Assembly: GCA_037444665.1 (NCBI GenBank)
Contig: JBBILZ010000016.1
Span: 1 to 44,743, forward strand
DNA: 44,743 bases
Direction of reading: 5' to 3'
Source: a candidate division WOR-3 bacterium
GTDB taxonomy: Bacteria > Hydrothermota > Tepidihabitantia > SM23-42 > JAOAFX01
Under the pieces are notes generated by a model. The model had not been told where the DNA came from, searched no databases, and saw only the letters and a list, made by a program, of their open reading frames with translations. Position numbers and translations under genes: made by a program. Below, in pieces: positions 1-8,596 of the stretch (its first letter is position 1; each line of letters starts with the position of its first letter).

Positions 1-1
1 G

Positions 2-196
2 GCAATAGATAATACTGAGGCATTTGCCCGCCATTTTGATGAATACTACAATATGGTTACGGTTAAGATGAAACCGGATATTTTAAAGAACTTTGGACCA
101 GACCTTTACAGCTTTGCTGAGAACCTCGTGACCATCTGGCGCAAGGCTGCACACGAGCACAAGGTCGGCAGTGGGATGTTTATAGGTAAAAAATAA
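2..196 (+). CDS. 3' end of a CDS truncated by the window edge; possibly a class I SAM-dependent methyltransferase
   Basis: Open frame AIDNTEAFARHFDEYYNMVTVKMKPDILKNFGPDLYSFAENLVTIWRKAAHEHKVGSGMFIGKK* ending TAA at 194-196. The D-x-T...G-x-G-x-F-x-x-x-K ending resembles C-termini of SAM methyltransferases. A terminator-like hairpin follows. Confidence 0.5.
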   Translation, partial: AIDNTEAFARHFDEYYNMVTVKMKPDILKNFGPDLYSFAENLVTIWRKAAHEHKVGSGMFIGKK

Positions 197-212
197 TAGT
201 CCAACAAACAAC

Positions 213-256
213 AATAAGGGATGGAAGGATTTTTCTGCCCATCCCTTATTTTGTTA
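213..256 (+). terminator. Intrinsic terminator-like hairpin
   Basis: AATAAGGGATGG (213-224) pairs with CCATCCCTTATT (239-250), followed by TTGTT. Confidence 0.7.
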
Positions 257-284
257 TTGCAAAAGTTCTATTCTTGTTTATAAT
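257..284 (+). promoter_or_regulatory. Putative sigma70 promoter for the corrinoid operon
   Basis: TTGCAA-16 bp-TATAAT. Confidence 0.55.
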
Positions 285-328
285 ATTTAGTAATAGGTAA
301 GCCATTCTAAAAAATGGAATTAAATCAA

Positions 329-384
329 TGTAGTTGCCCAATTTATTGGGCTCTTTTTAGTGCTTGATAAATCAAGCAACTACA
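329..384. repeat. GTAG-type REP doublet (REPIN-like), copy A
   Basis: TGTAGTTGCCCAATTTATTGGGC ... GCTTGATAAATCAAGCAACTACA: two inverted hairpin units bounded by GTAG/CTAC; related copies at 23603, 32984 and 38946. Confidence 0.8.
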
Positions 385-431
385 ATTTCAGTGTGGCTAA
401 AATATTACGATTCTTAAATTAAGGGGGCATA

Positions 432-1067
432 GTGGATTTTTCTTTGATTAAAAAGGCAGTGGTTGAATTTGAATCTGATAAGATTAAAGGTCTGGTCAGG
501 GAATTATTAGATAGAGGTGTAGCACCTTTGGATATTTTAGAACAGGGATTGATTCCGGGGATGAAAGAGATTGGCAGACTATTTGCGATTAAAGAATATT
601 ATGTTCCTGAAGTCCTGCTCGGTTCAGAGACATTCTATGCTGGTTTTGAATTGATTAAACCGCTCCTTGTTCAAACTGATATAATAAAAAAAGGAAAGAT
701 TGTAATCGGTGTTGTTCAGGGCGATATCCATGATATTGGCAAGAACATAGTTAAGGTTATGCTTGAGTCTTCTGGATACGAGGTTCTTGACCTGGGTCGG
801 GATGTGCCGAATGATAAATTTATTGAGGCGGTAATCAATGAAAAACCAAAGATTCTTGCACTATCTTCATTGATGACCACAACAATGGTTCAGATGGAAA
901 CAATTATAAAAATCTTAAATAAGAAAAAGTTGCGTAAATCAGTAAAGGTTATTATTGGTGGTGCGCCAGTAAATCAGGAATATGCAAATAAGATTGGTGC
1001 TGATGGCTATGCTGAGGACGCTGCGGGTGCAGTGAAACTCATAGATAATCTAATAGTTAATCCGTAA
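432..1067 (+). CDS. Corrinoid (cobalamin-binding) methyl-carrier protein, MtaC/MttC-like
   Basis: N-terminal cap domain plus B12-binding motif GDIHDIGKNIV...SSLMTTT...GGAPV. Confidence 0.92.
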   Translation: MDFSLIKKAVVEFESDKIKGLVRELLDRGVAPLDILEQGLIPGMKEIGRLFAIKEYYVPEVLLGSETFYAGFELIKPLLVQTDIIKKGKIVIGVVQGDIHDIGKNIVKVMLESSGYEVLDLGRDVPNDKFIEAVINEKPKILALSSLMTTTMVQMETIIKILNKKKLRKSVKVIIGGAPVNQEYANKIGADGYAEDAAGAVKLIDNLIVNP

Positions 1068-1252
1068 GGATTTTATGGAGTTAATCCGTGGAGTTAATCC
1101 GTGAGGATTTTATGGAGTTAATCCGTAAGGATTTTATAAGAGGTAAAGAGATAAAAGGCTTACGCCTTAAATCCAGTGAGATAAAAGGCTTACGCCTGAT
1201 AAAAGCCTTACGGCTTAACTCCAAAGAGATAAAAGGCTCACGCCTTAAATCC
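1055..1252. repeat. GGAG-type REP array upstream of and within the 5' end of the RAYT ORF
   Basis: Tandem GGAGTTAATCCGTAAGGATTTTAT units (AATCC-GTAA-GGATT hairpin) followed by inverted-type units ATAAAAGGCTTACGCCTTAAATCC / ATAAAAGCCTTACGGCTTAACTCC. Confidence 0.88.
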
Positions 1253-1780
1253 AGACGGCATCAATCAGTTCACCTTTATCTTGATAACACATATTACTTT
1301 CTCACCAGCCATACATATAAAAATATTGTTCGGTTGAGTTCGGATAAATATAAAATGCTTTTGTTTGAAAAAATAAAAACTTGGTTAGAAAGTTATGAAT
1401 ACAAACTGCTTGCCTGGGTCATACTTGATAACCATTATCATATTCTATTTGAGACAAAAAAAGGGGATGATTTACCCAAAATTGTTGCCCGAATTCATAC
1501 AGGATTTTCCTATGAAGTAAATAAATTCGAACATAAGCCAGGTCGTAAGATCTGGCAGAACTATTGGGATAGGTGCATTCGCTCTGAAAAAGATCTGTGG
1601 CGATACTTCAATTATATTCATCAAAATCCAGTAAAACATTCTCATGCAAACAGGATGGAAGATTATAAATTTTCCAGTTATAATATGTTGGTGGAAAAGA
1701 AGGGAATAGATTGGATGAATTCAATCTTCCAAAATTATCCAATAATTGATTTCACTGTTAAGAATGATGAAGAGAGTTGA
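1088..1780 (+). mobile_element. REP-associated tyrosine transposase (RAYT, Y1/HUH, IS200/IS605 TnpA-related); the N-terminal ~55 aa are encoded by the REP array
   Basis: YYFLT, AWVILDNHYHILF (HUH), IWQ.YWDRCIR, YIHQNPVKH and YKFSSY motifs; flanked on both sides by REP-like palindromes. Confidence 0.88.
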
Positions 1781-1855
1781 GGAGATAAAAGGCTTACGCC
1801 TTAAATCCGGGATTCTATGGAGTTAATCCGTGGAGTTAATCCGTAAGGATTTTAT
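1781..1855. repeat. GGAG-type REP array downstream of RAYT
   Basis: GAGATAAAAGGCTTACGCCTTAAATCC...GGAGTTAATCCGTGGAGTTAATCCGTAAGGATTTTAT. Confidence 0.85.
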
Positions 1856-1863
1856 AAAAATAT

Positions 1864-3000
1864 ATGAATAGAATAGAAGAAGTCCTTCAGCATCGGCGCA
1901 AATACGCTCGGCGCAAATACGCAGTATTCCCTATGGTCTGTGCTGACCACTGTTGCAATTTGTTGCATCAGAATTTTAAAAGCGTTGCAACAGATGGCAA
2001 AAAACTTGCTTATGTCCTTGAATATGGTTATAATTTATATCAATACGATGGCATACTATTATTCTCTGACCCCTATGTTGAGGCAGAAGCAATGGGAGTT
2101 AAATTGAATTACGCCCCTTATCCAAAAATAGTCCGTTCGGAGTTAATCCGTAAGGATTTTATGGAGTTAATCCGTAAGGATTTTATAAGAGGTAAAGAGA
2201 TAAAAGGCTTACGCCTTAAATCCAAAGAGATAAAAGGCTTACGCCTTAAATCCAAAGAGATAAAAGGCTTACGCCTCATAAAAGGCTTACGCCTTAAATC
2301 CAAAGAGATAAAAGGCTTACAGCTTAAGTCTGGAAGAATAAATGAGATTTTAAAGGCGGCTAAGTTGCTCAAGAAAAAATTTGAAGCACCAGTCTTTGTT
2401 TCAATCAAGGGACCTTTTTCCCTTGCCTCATTCATTGTTGATCCTGAAAATTTTTTGAAGATGCTACTAAACAGAAAAGAGATGGCTAAATATTATATAG
2501 ATGTTGCACTCCAATTTCAATTATCATACTTAAAAAAAATCCTGCAACTCGGTGTCCACATCTTTATTGGCGACCCAATGGCATCAGCAAGTGTCATCTC
2601 ACCTGCATTATTCAAAAAATATGCCTATGAGCCACTTGCCATACTAATAAAAGAGAGCAAACTAACAGGGGTATATGTCGGGGTTCATGGGGTATATGTC
2701 GGGGTTCATATCTGCGGTGATACAAAGCCAATCATTGACCAACTTGATAGTCTCGGTGCTGATATCCTTAGCATAGAAGATATTTCTTTAAAGACAAAGA
2801 CCTTAAAAATGGGCGGTGTATCAACATTGACCCTTTTGAACGGAACTCCAAAAGAGATAAAAAAAGAGGTCAGAAAAGCACTACAATCAGAGCGATTAAT
2901 CCTGTCCAGTTCCTGCGATGTCCCTGTAAATACACCGATTGAGAATATAAAATTGATGGTTGATGAAATAAATAAAAAAGATGGATACAAAAAATTCTAA
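1864..3000 (+). CDS. UroD/MtaA-CmuA family Zn-dependent corrinoid methyltransferase with an in-frame REP-derived insertion
   Basis: EAEAMG, GPFSLAS, DPMASASVISP, HICGDT and SSCDVP (HxC...C Zn ligands); ~64 aa repeat insert at 2139-2330. Confidence 0.85.
   Translation: MNRIEEVLQHRRKYARRKYAVFPMVCADHCCNLLHQNFKSVATDGKKLAYVLEYGYNLYQYDGILLFSDPYVEAEAMGVKLNYAPYPKIVRSELIRKDFMELIRKDFIRGKEIKGLRLKSKEIKGLRLKSKEIKGLRLIKGLRLKSKEIKGLQLKSGRINEILKAAKLLKKKFEAPVFVSIKGPFSLASFIVDPENFLKMLLNRKEMAKYYIDVALQFQLSYLKKILQLGVHIFIGDPMASASVISPALFKKYAYEPLAILIKESKLTGVYVGVHGVYVGVHICGDTKPIIDQLDSLGADILSIEDISLKTKTLKMGGVSTLTLLNGTPKEIKKEVRKALQSERLILSSSCDVPVNTPIENIKLMVDEINKKDGYKKF
1893..1922 (+). repeat. Perfect 15-bp tandem duplication (in frame)
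   Basis: TCGGCGCAAATACGC x2, giving RRKYARRKYA. Confidence 0.9.
2139..2330. repeat. GGAG-type REP array inside the methyltransferase CDS
   Basis: Same units and similar order as 1055-1252; translates ELIRKDFMELIRKDFIRGKEIKGLRLKSKEIKGLRLKS... Confidence 0.9.
2668..2709 (+). repeat. Perfect 21-bp tandem duplication (in frame)
   Basis: GGGGTATATGTCGGGGTTCAT x2, giving GVYVGVHGVYVGVH just before the HICG motif. Confidence 0.9.
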
Positions 3001-4381
3001 ACAGTCATCATTATTGTCTCTACTACAAAAAAAGGGAATATTTATTGATGCCTCTTGTGGAGGCAGAGGCAGGTGCGGAAGGTGTCGTGTGCTAATAAAA
3101 GAAAAGCCAAAACCACCAAATGAAATTGAAAAAATATTTATTCCCGAGAATCTATTAAAAAAGGGGTATCGCCTTGCCTGTTTATACACAGTGAAAAAGA
3201 TGCCAAAAATTGTTGTTCCTGAATATTATACGAAAAGAGAAAAAAAGGACCAGAAAAATACTGGTTTAGCAATAGACATTGGAACAACAGTGATTAAAGG
3301 TGCACTTGTTGACCTTGTCAAAGGTAAAATATTAAAGACTGCAAAGATTTATAATCCCCAGCAGAGTTTTGGTGGTGATGTGATCACCCGCCTGAGTGTG
3401 GCAGTCAATAAGAATAAATACAGAATCTTAAGGAAGGCATTGATAAAGGGCATTGAGCGATTAAAAAAAGATTTAAATACTACAAATCCTATCTTTACTA
3501 CAATTGCCGGCAATCCAGTTATGCTCTCATTCTATCTTGGAAAACCAGTAAAGGGATTGGCAAGTTATCCATTCCAGGGTGAAATAACCAGGGGGATACT
3601 TCTAAAAAATCCTGCCCGTTATGTGTTCGGTTGCATTGGTGGTTTTGTTGGTGGTGATACAATCGCCGGTATAATCGCCAGCAAAATTCTATCAAATAAA
3701 TATCCCAGCCTTTATATTGACCTCGGCACAAATGGAGAGATTGCCCTTGTATTAAAGAAAAGAATATATGCTGTTTCAACTGCCGCAGGACCAGCATTTG
3801 AAGGTGTGGGATTGAGTTGTGGAAGCCTTGCCCAGCCTGGTGCAATTGAAGCAGTGGAACATAAAAATAGATTTAAGATACACACGATTGAGAATAGACC
3901 ACCGACTGGATTTTGTGCCTCAGGGTTTATTGATTTACTGGCAACAATACTAAAACTTGGCTGGCTTGATGAATACGGAAGATTAAAACAGAAATTTACA
4001 ATCGCTGGTTTTGATGTCACCCAGAATGATATCAGGGCACTTCAACTGGCAATAGGTGCAATCCACACTGGTGTAAAATTCCTGCTTGATAAGACAGACA
4101 TAAAGTCAACAGATATCGGCGAAACCGTGATTACTGGTGAATTTGGTAGCCATTTGAATCAGGAATCATTAAAACAGGTAGGCATATTGCCTGTAAGCAT
4201 TAAAAATATAAGAATAGAGAACGACCTGCCACTGCGTGGTGCAATCAGTGTGCTATTAAATAAAACAGCTCTAAAAGATGTGGAAATAGTAAGAAAATGC
4301 TCAACCCATTTTGACCTTGCCCTGCAGAGTGATTTTCAAAAAAGATTTGTTGAAGGACTATTCTTAAAACCATGGAATTGA
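2981..4381 (+). CDS. Reductive activator of corrinoid proteins (RACo/RamA-like; 2Fe-2S ferredoxin plus ASKHA ATPase)
   Basis: CGGRGRCGRC...RLAC ferredoxin motif; DIGTT, DLGTNGEI, TAAGPAFEG, GFCASG and TQNDIRALQLA. Confidence 0.88.
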   Translation: MDTKNSKQSSLLSLLQKKGIFIDASCGGRGRCGRCRVLIKEKPKPPNEIEKIFIPENLLKKGYRLACLYTVKKMPKIVVPEYYTKREKKDQKNTGLAIDIGTTVIKGALVDLVKGKILKTAKIYNPQQSFGGDVITRLSVAVNKNKYRILRKALIKGIERLKKDLNTTNPIFTTIAGNPVMLSFYLGKPVKGLASYPFQGEITRGILLKNPARYVFGCIGGFVGGDTIAGIIASKILSNKYPSLYIDLGTNGEIALVLKKRIYAVSTAAGPAFEGVGLSCGSLAQPGAIEAVEHKNRFKIHTIENRPPTGFCASGFIDLLATILKLGWLDEYGRLKQKFTIAGFDVTQNDIRALQLAIGAIHTGVKFLLDKTDIKSTDIGETVITGEFGSHLNQESLKQVGILPVSIKNIRIENDLPLRGAISVLLNKTALKDVEIVRKCSTHFDLALQSDFQKRFVEGLFLKPWN

Positions 4382-5409
4382 ACCAAACAGAATCTCAAAA
4401 ATTGCCCACAGATTTAATCGGCTATACCTGCTCATATATTCCTGTTGAATTATTATCTGCAACCGGATTAAGACCTTACCGTCTTTTACACGGTGCATTA
4501 GGATTATCTCAGAAAGGTGAGCAACTTGTCAGAGTAGATGCCTGCCCCCTTGTAAAATCAAATCTTGGATTTGTCCTTGAAAATCAGAAAAACTTTGCCT
4601 GTATCATTGGGTCTACTGGTTGTGATATGTCACGCAGGTTTCTTGAAGTAATCAGGTTGATGACCGGTATTCCAGTCTATATCTTTAATAATCCACGCAC
4701 TCAGAATTTTGATATCTACAGCAATGAAATTGATTTAATGGTGAAGGAACTTGAACAATTCTTCCATCGCCGCTTTGACCGGGGATTGATTCAGAGGGAG
4801 TGTGAAAGATGGGAAAAAGTTCGCTCAGCACTACGCCAGGTTGATGCAAGGCGCCGGGCAAACCCATCAACCCTCTCCACAAAGACATTTCACAATCTCG
4901 TTTCCCATTATTATCAGGGTGATATTGAAAAAATAAAATTTGACCTGCCCGATGAAATGTCATATAAACCAAGGGTATATTTGATAGGCAGTCCGATTTC
5001 GTATGAGGCAGAACCTATTATTGAATTATTGGAAAAGAGATTGCGTATCTGTGGCGATTTTAATTGCGGTTTATCAAGGGGGATATATATAAATTTGCAA
5101 GAAAAGACCATTGATGGTTTGAAAAGGGCATATTATCATCAGCCCGCCTGTATTTTTAAGAGACCGAATAAAAGTTATTATGAATGGATACAGAGAGAAA
5201 TAACAGAGACAAAGAGCACAGGTGTCATCGTTTATGTTCTGGATTATTGTGATAATTTTGATTTTGAGGCCTTTAAAATGGAAAAAAGAATCAATCTACC
5301 AATCTTAAAATTGAAGAGCGATTTTTCATTCCAGAATATGAGCCAGTTAAAGGTCAGGATTGACGCATTTATTGAAGTTTTAGGGTCGCTGCGCGCAGGT
5401 ATTGTATGA
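4372..5409 (+). CDS. 2-hydroxyacyl-CoA dehydratase family subunit (HgdB/FldC or double-cubane-cluster-protein-like)
   Basis: IGYTCSYIPVELL, DACPLVKS, TGCD, DYCD and the C-terminal QLKVRIDAFIE signature. Confidence 0.85.
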   Translation: MELNQTESQKLPTDLIGYTCSYIPVELLSATGLRPYRLLHGALGLSQKGEQLVRVDACPLVKSNLGFVLENQKNFACIIGSTGCDMSRRFLEVIRLMTGIPVYIFNNPRTQNFDIYSNEIDLMVKELEQFFHRRFDRGLIQRECERWEKVRSALRQVDARRRANPSTLSTKTFHNLVSHYYQGDIEKIKFDLPDEMSYKPRVYLIGSPISYEAEPIIELLEKRLRICGDFNCGLSRGIYINLQEKTIDGLKRAYYHQPACIFKRPNKSYYEWIQREITETKSTGVIVYVLDYCDNFDFEAFKMEKRINLPILKLKSDFSFQNMSQLKVRIDAFIEVLGSLRAGIV

Positions 5410-6812
5410 AAAAGGTAAAAAAGATTATCCCGAAAAAGATTGGACTGGATGCCTGGTCTAAGCAATTTCAAGATATCCCTGACGAAACCATAAAAAAATA
5501 TAGATACTACAATAATAATGAATGGGGCTTTTATCTTTCACCTCCTGCCACATTTATGGTCTATGGCTTAAGGGAACTGAAAAGATTAAATTTTGATAAT
5601 TCCTTTGAATCTTTAAGGATGTGGGGGTTTGTCTTTAATGAAACTGAAAGGTTATTCAGGGCACGACAGATTAATAAAAAAATTATTGCAACGATGGGTG
5701 ATTTGGGAACCGTGCCCATCCTTGTTTTATCTTTCCCTGATTGTGTTCCATTCTATCCTGAGTGTCTCTGGTGGTCACCTTTCTTTAAAGAATCTACAGA
5801 ATTACTGGATACTGCAAGTAAACTCGGCACCCCTGAAGCAACCTGCTTTTCGCGAGTTGTAGTATCAGCATTCCATAAAAGATCATACTTTCCAAAACCA
5901 GATTTAATCATCGCCTCAACTGGTGCCTCCTGTGATGACTATTCCTGTGTTATGCAAGTTGTTGAAGATATGGGTTATGAAATAATGTGGGTTGAAATTC
6001 CTTACCGAAAAAATCCTGAATTTATGCTAATAAAACCAAAGGTCCAGGAACTTGAAAAGACAGAACAGGGCTTCTCTTATCCCAAAGTAATTGAGGAATA
6101 TTTACTCAAGGAGTATCATAGAATCTGGGAAAGATTATTTAAATTGACCGGAGTCAATAATCCCCATCGTCTTGTTGAGACCATAAAAAAAGTGAATAGA
6201 CTGCGCACGCTCGTGGCGGAAATCAAAAAATTGAATGCCAGTGCTGAAATTGCACCATTGCCCGGCTTAGAAATGATGACCATAGAATTCGGCAACCTCT
6301 ATGGATATGCAGATTTTGACGAATGGCTGGACATTATCCAGATGATACACGCTATGGTGAAAAACAGGATAAAGAAAGGGGTGGGAGTATTAAAAAAAGA
6401 TGCCATTCCTATTGCCTGGATTACGCCCAGTGCTGACCCTTATCTATTAAATCTCGTAGAAGAGATCGGCTGTCGGATTGTGGAAACAGAGTATGTGATA
6501 AATCAGGCAATGGTTAAAATTGAAGAGGATATTGAGCCTATCAGGGCACTGGCAAGGTCATTTATCAATGCCTCACTCATTGGTTCACCAGCAGAAAGGG
6601 TAAAAAATATTAAAGAAAGAATCACAAAGAAAGAAATAAAGGGTGTATTAATAACAAATATGCTCGGCGCCTCGCACTGTGCAATGGAGACCCGTGCTAT
6701 GGAAAGATTGCTCAGTGATGTTCCAGTGCTCTCTCTTGATGTTCCTGCACCATTCGGCATTACCCAGCAGATCAAAACCAGGCTTGAGGCATTCGTGGAG
6801 ACCATCAGATGA
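5406..6812 (+). CDS. 2-hydroxyacyl-CoA dehydratase family subunit (HgdA/FldB-like)
   Basis: PFYPE, ATC, FPKPDLIIAS..SCD, SHC and the C-terminal QIKTRLEAFVE. Confidence 0.82.
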   Translation: MKKVKKIIPKKIGLDAWSKQFQDIPDETIKKYRYYNNNEWGFYLSPPATFMVYGLRELKRLNFDNSFESLRMWGFVFNETERLFRARQINKKIIATMGDLGTVPILVLSFPDCVPFYPECLWWSPFFKESTELLDTASKLGTPEATCFSRVVVSAFHKRSYFPKPDLIIASTGASCDDYSCVMQVVEDMGYEIMWVEIPYRKNPEFMLIKPKVQELEKTEQGFSYPKVIEEYLLKEYHRIWERLFKLTGVNNPHRLVETIKKVNRLRTLVAEIKKLNASAEIAPLPGLEMMTIEFGNLYGYADFDEWLDIIQMIHAMVKNRIKKGVGVLKKDAIPIAWITPSADPYLLNLVEEIGCRIVETEYVINQAMVKIEEDIEPIRALARSFINASLIGSPAERVKNIKERITKKEIKGVLITNMLGASHCAMETRAMERLLSDVPVLSLDVPAPFGITQQIKTRLEAFVETIR

Positions 6813-7840
6813 AGGACATACTTACGCCCCGTGAACGATTTGGTATGCTGGTAATTGATGAAAAACCTGACCGCTGTCCGGTCATACCTTTACTTACCTC
6901 GCATGCAGCAACAATCGCCGGTATGAAATTGAAAAGGTATTATACACGGGGGGAAAAGATGGCGCGGGCACAGATTAATGCATTTGAAATATATCAGCAT
7001 GATGCAATCTCCATCTTCTCTGAAGTGGGCTTAATTGCCGAGGCAATGGGCTCTGAATTTGCTTATCCGGATAATGACCTGCCCGTGCTAAAAAATCCCA
7101 TACTACAAAATCCTTCTCTTGATATATTAACGATCCCTGATCCCAAAAAAAAGGCAAGATTACCAGTCTATCTTGAGGCAATAGAATATGTCTATAAAGC
7201 AATCGGCGATATCATCCCCATACTTGCCTATATTCCTGCGCCATTTACTACTGGAATGCATCTGGTCAATCCGGAAAAATTTCTTGTGGATACATTGAAA
7301 AATCCTGACTGGATTAAAGATATGCTCAATATTGTGTTTGAGGCAACGGTAAAATTCTGTTATGAAATTATAAATGCGGGTGCGCTACCAATTATTGTAG
7401 ACCCACTGGCATCAGGCAGTGTAATCAGCCCGACGATTTATAAGGAGTTTGCCTTACCCTATGAGCAGAGATTGATTCATTATCTGCATCGTTATGATTT
7501 TGATGTAATCCTCCATATATGCGGTGATACCACCGCAATTATGGATAAATTTCCAGATACCGGTGCAGACCTGATCAGTGTTGACCGCGTAAATATGTTA
7601 AAGGCAATGGAAAAATTAGCCAGTAAAATGCGTTTGATAGGCAATTTTGATACAACAACAATTTTATTTTCAAATCCTGATGAGATCTATGCAATGGCAG
7701 GAGCAATGGTAGAGCAACTCAAATTTGCACATAAAGGTTATATTGCGGCAACGGGTTGTGAAGTGCCAATCCGTGCGCCCAAAGAGAATGTCCAAGCATT
7801 TATAAAAGGAGCAAAGGAGAAAGGATGGTACTGGGCATAG
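6809..7840 (+). CDS. UroD/MtaA-CmuA family Zn-dependent corrinoid methyltransferase
   Basis: TPRERF...PDRCPVIP, AEAMGS, DPLASGSVISP, LHICGDT and ATGCEVP. Confidence 0.88.
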   Translation: MKDILTPRERFGMLVIDEKPDRCPVIPLLTSHAATIAGMKLKRYYTRGEKMARAQINAFEIYQHDAISIFSEVGLIAEAMGSEFAYPDNDLPVLKNPILQNPSLDILTIPDPKKKARLPVYLEAIEYVYKAIGDIIPILAYIPAPFTTGMHLVNPEKFLVDTLKNPDWIKDMLNIVFEATVKFCYEIINAGALPIIVDPLASGSVISPTIYKEFALPYEQRLIHYLHRYDFDVILHICGDTTAIMDKFPDTGADLISVDRVNMLKAMEKLASKMRLIGNFDTTTILFSNPDEIYAMAGAMVEQLKFAHKGYIAATGCEVPIRAPKENVQAFIKGAKEKGWYWA

Positions 7841-8547
7841 ACATTGGTTCAATATATACAAAGGGTGTGCTCTTTGAAAAAACTGTAGTTAAAAAAGCAG
7901 TGGTCAGAACCGCATTCAAACCAAAACAGGCAATCCGCGAAATAAAAAGTATGCTTGAAGGTTTTGACAAAATTGTTGCCACTGGATATGGAAGAGAACT
8001 GGTTGATGATGCATACAAAATTATTACAGAAGTATCTGCTTTTGCCCGTGGGTCAACATATTTTTATCCTGATATCCGCACAATCATTGATATTGGTGGA
8101 CAGGATAGCAAGGTCATAAAGGTTAAAAATGGTAAGGTAGAAAAATTTATTATGAATGACCGCTGTGCCGCAGGAACTGGAAATTTCATAGAAAAGATTG
8201 CCCAATCCCTTAATCTCTCCCTGACTGAATTTGGTGCACTTGCATTAAAATCTGACCGACCCGAAACAATAGACTCACTCTGCGTGGTAATGGCGGAAAC
8301 AGAAATATTGAGTTTGGTGCAGGAAGGCAAAAGATTAGAAGATATAGTGCTTGGAGTCTGTGATTCACTTATTCGTCGTATTGATGGTATTGCAGGTCAG
8401 GTTGGTATAGAAGAACCGATTCTTTTTTGTGGTGGTGGTGCATTAAATCCGGGTCTGGTAAAGGTATTGAAAAAATACCATCAAGAAACAATTATTCCTG
8501 AAGATCCACAATTTGTTGGTGCCATTGGTGCCGCAATGATGATTTGA
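7825..8547 (+). CDS. Acyl-CoA dehydratase activase (HgdC/BcrAD ASKHA ATPase, [4Fe-4S])
   Basis: GIDIGS, ATGYGR, DIGGQDSK, MNDRCAAGTG, SLCVVMAE, GGGALN and GAIGAA. Confidence 0.93.
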   Translation: MVLGIDIGSIYTKGVLFEKTVVKKAVVRTAFKPKQAIREIKSMLEGFDKIVATGYGRELVDDAYKIITEVSAFARGSTYFYPDIRTIIDIGGQDSKVIKVKNGKVEKFIMNDRCAAGTGNFIEKIAQSLNLSLTEFGALALKSDRPETIDSLCVVMAETEILSLVQEGKRLEDIVLGVCDSLIRRIDGIAGQVGIEEPILFCGGGALNPGLVKVLKKYHQETIIPEDPQFVGAIGAAMMI

Positions 8548-8563
8548 TTTTAACAAATAATTC

Positions 8564-8591
8564 TTGACAGTTCGGTAAAATTAAATATAAT
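8564..8591 (+). promoter_or_regulatory. Putative sigma70 promoter, leaderless
   Basis: TTGACA-16 bp-TATAAT, ATG 5 nt downstream, no Shine-Dalgarno. Confidence 0.65.
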
Positions 8592-8596
8592 AACAT

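Noticed and set aside
1055..2330. CRISPR array
   Set aside because: The repeats are adjacent with no unique spacers, occur in both orientations and flank a RAYT; no cas genes are present.
1864..7840. Calling the two UroD-fold proteins uroporphyrinogen decarboxylase (hemE)
   Set aside because: They lack the RQAGR motif, have HxC...C Zn ligands, and sit with a corrinoid protein and RACo.
432..8547. Pyrrolysine-dependent methylamine methyltransferase, or HgcAB mercury methylation
   Set aside because: No MttB/MtbB/MtmB-like ORF, no in-frame amber codon in this operon, and no HgcA NVWCAAGK motif.
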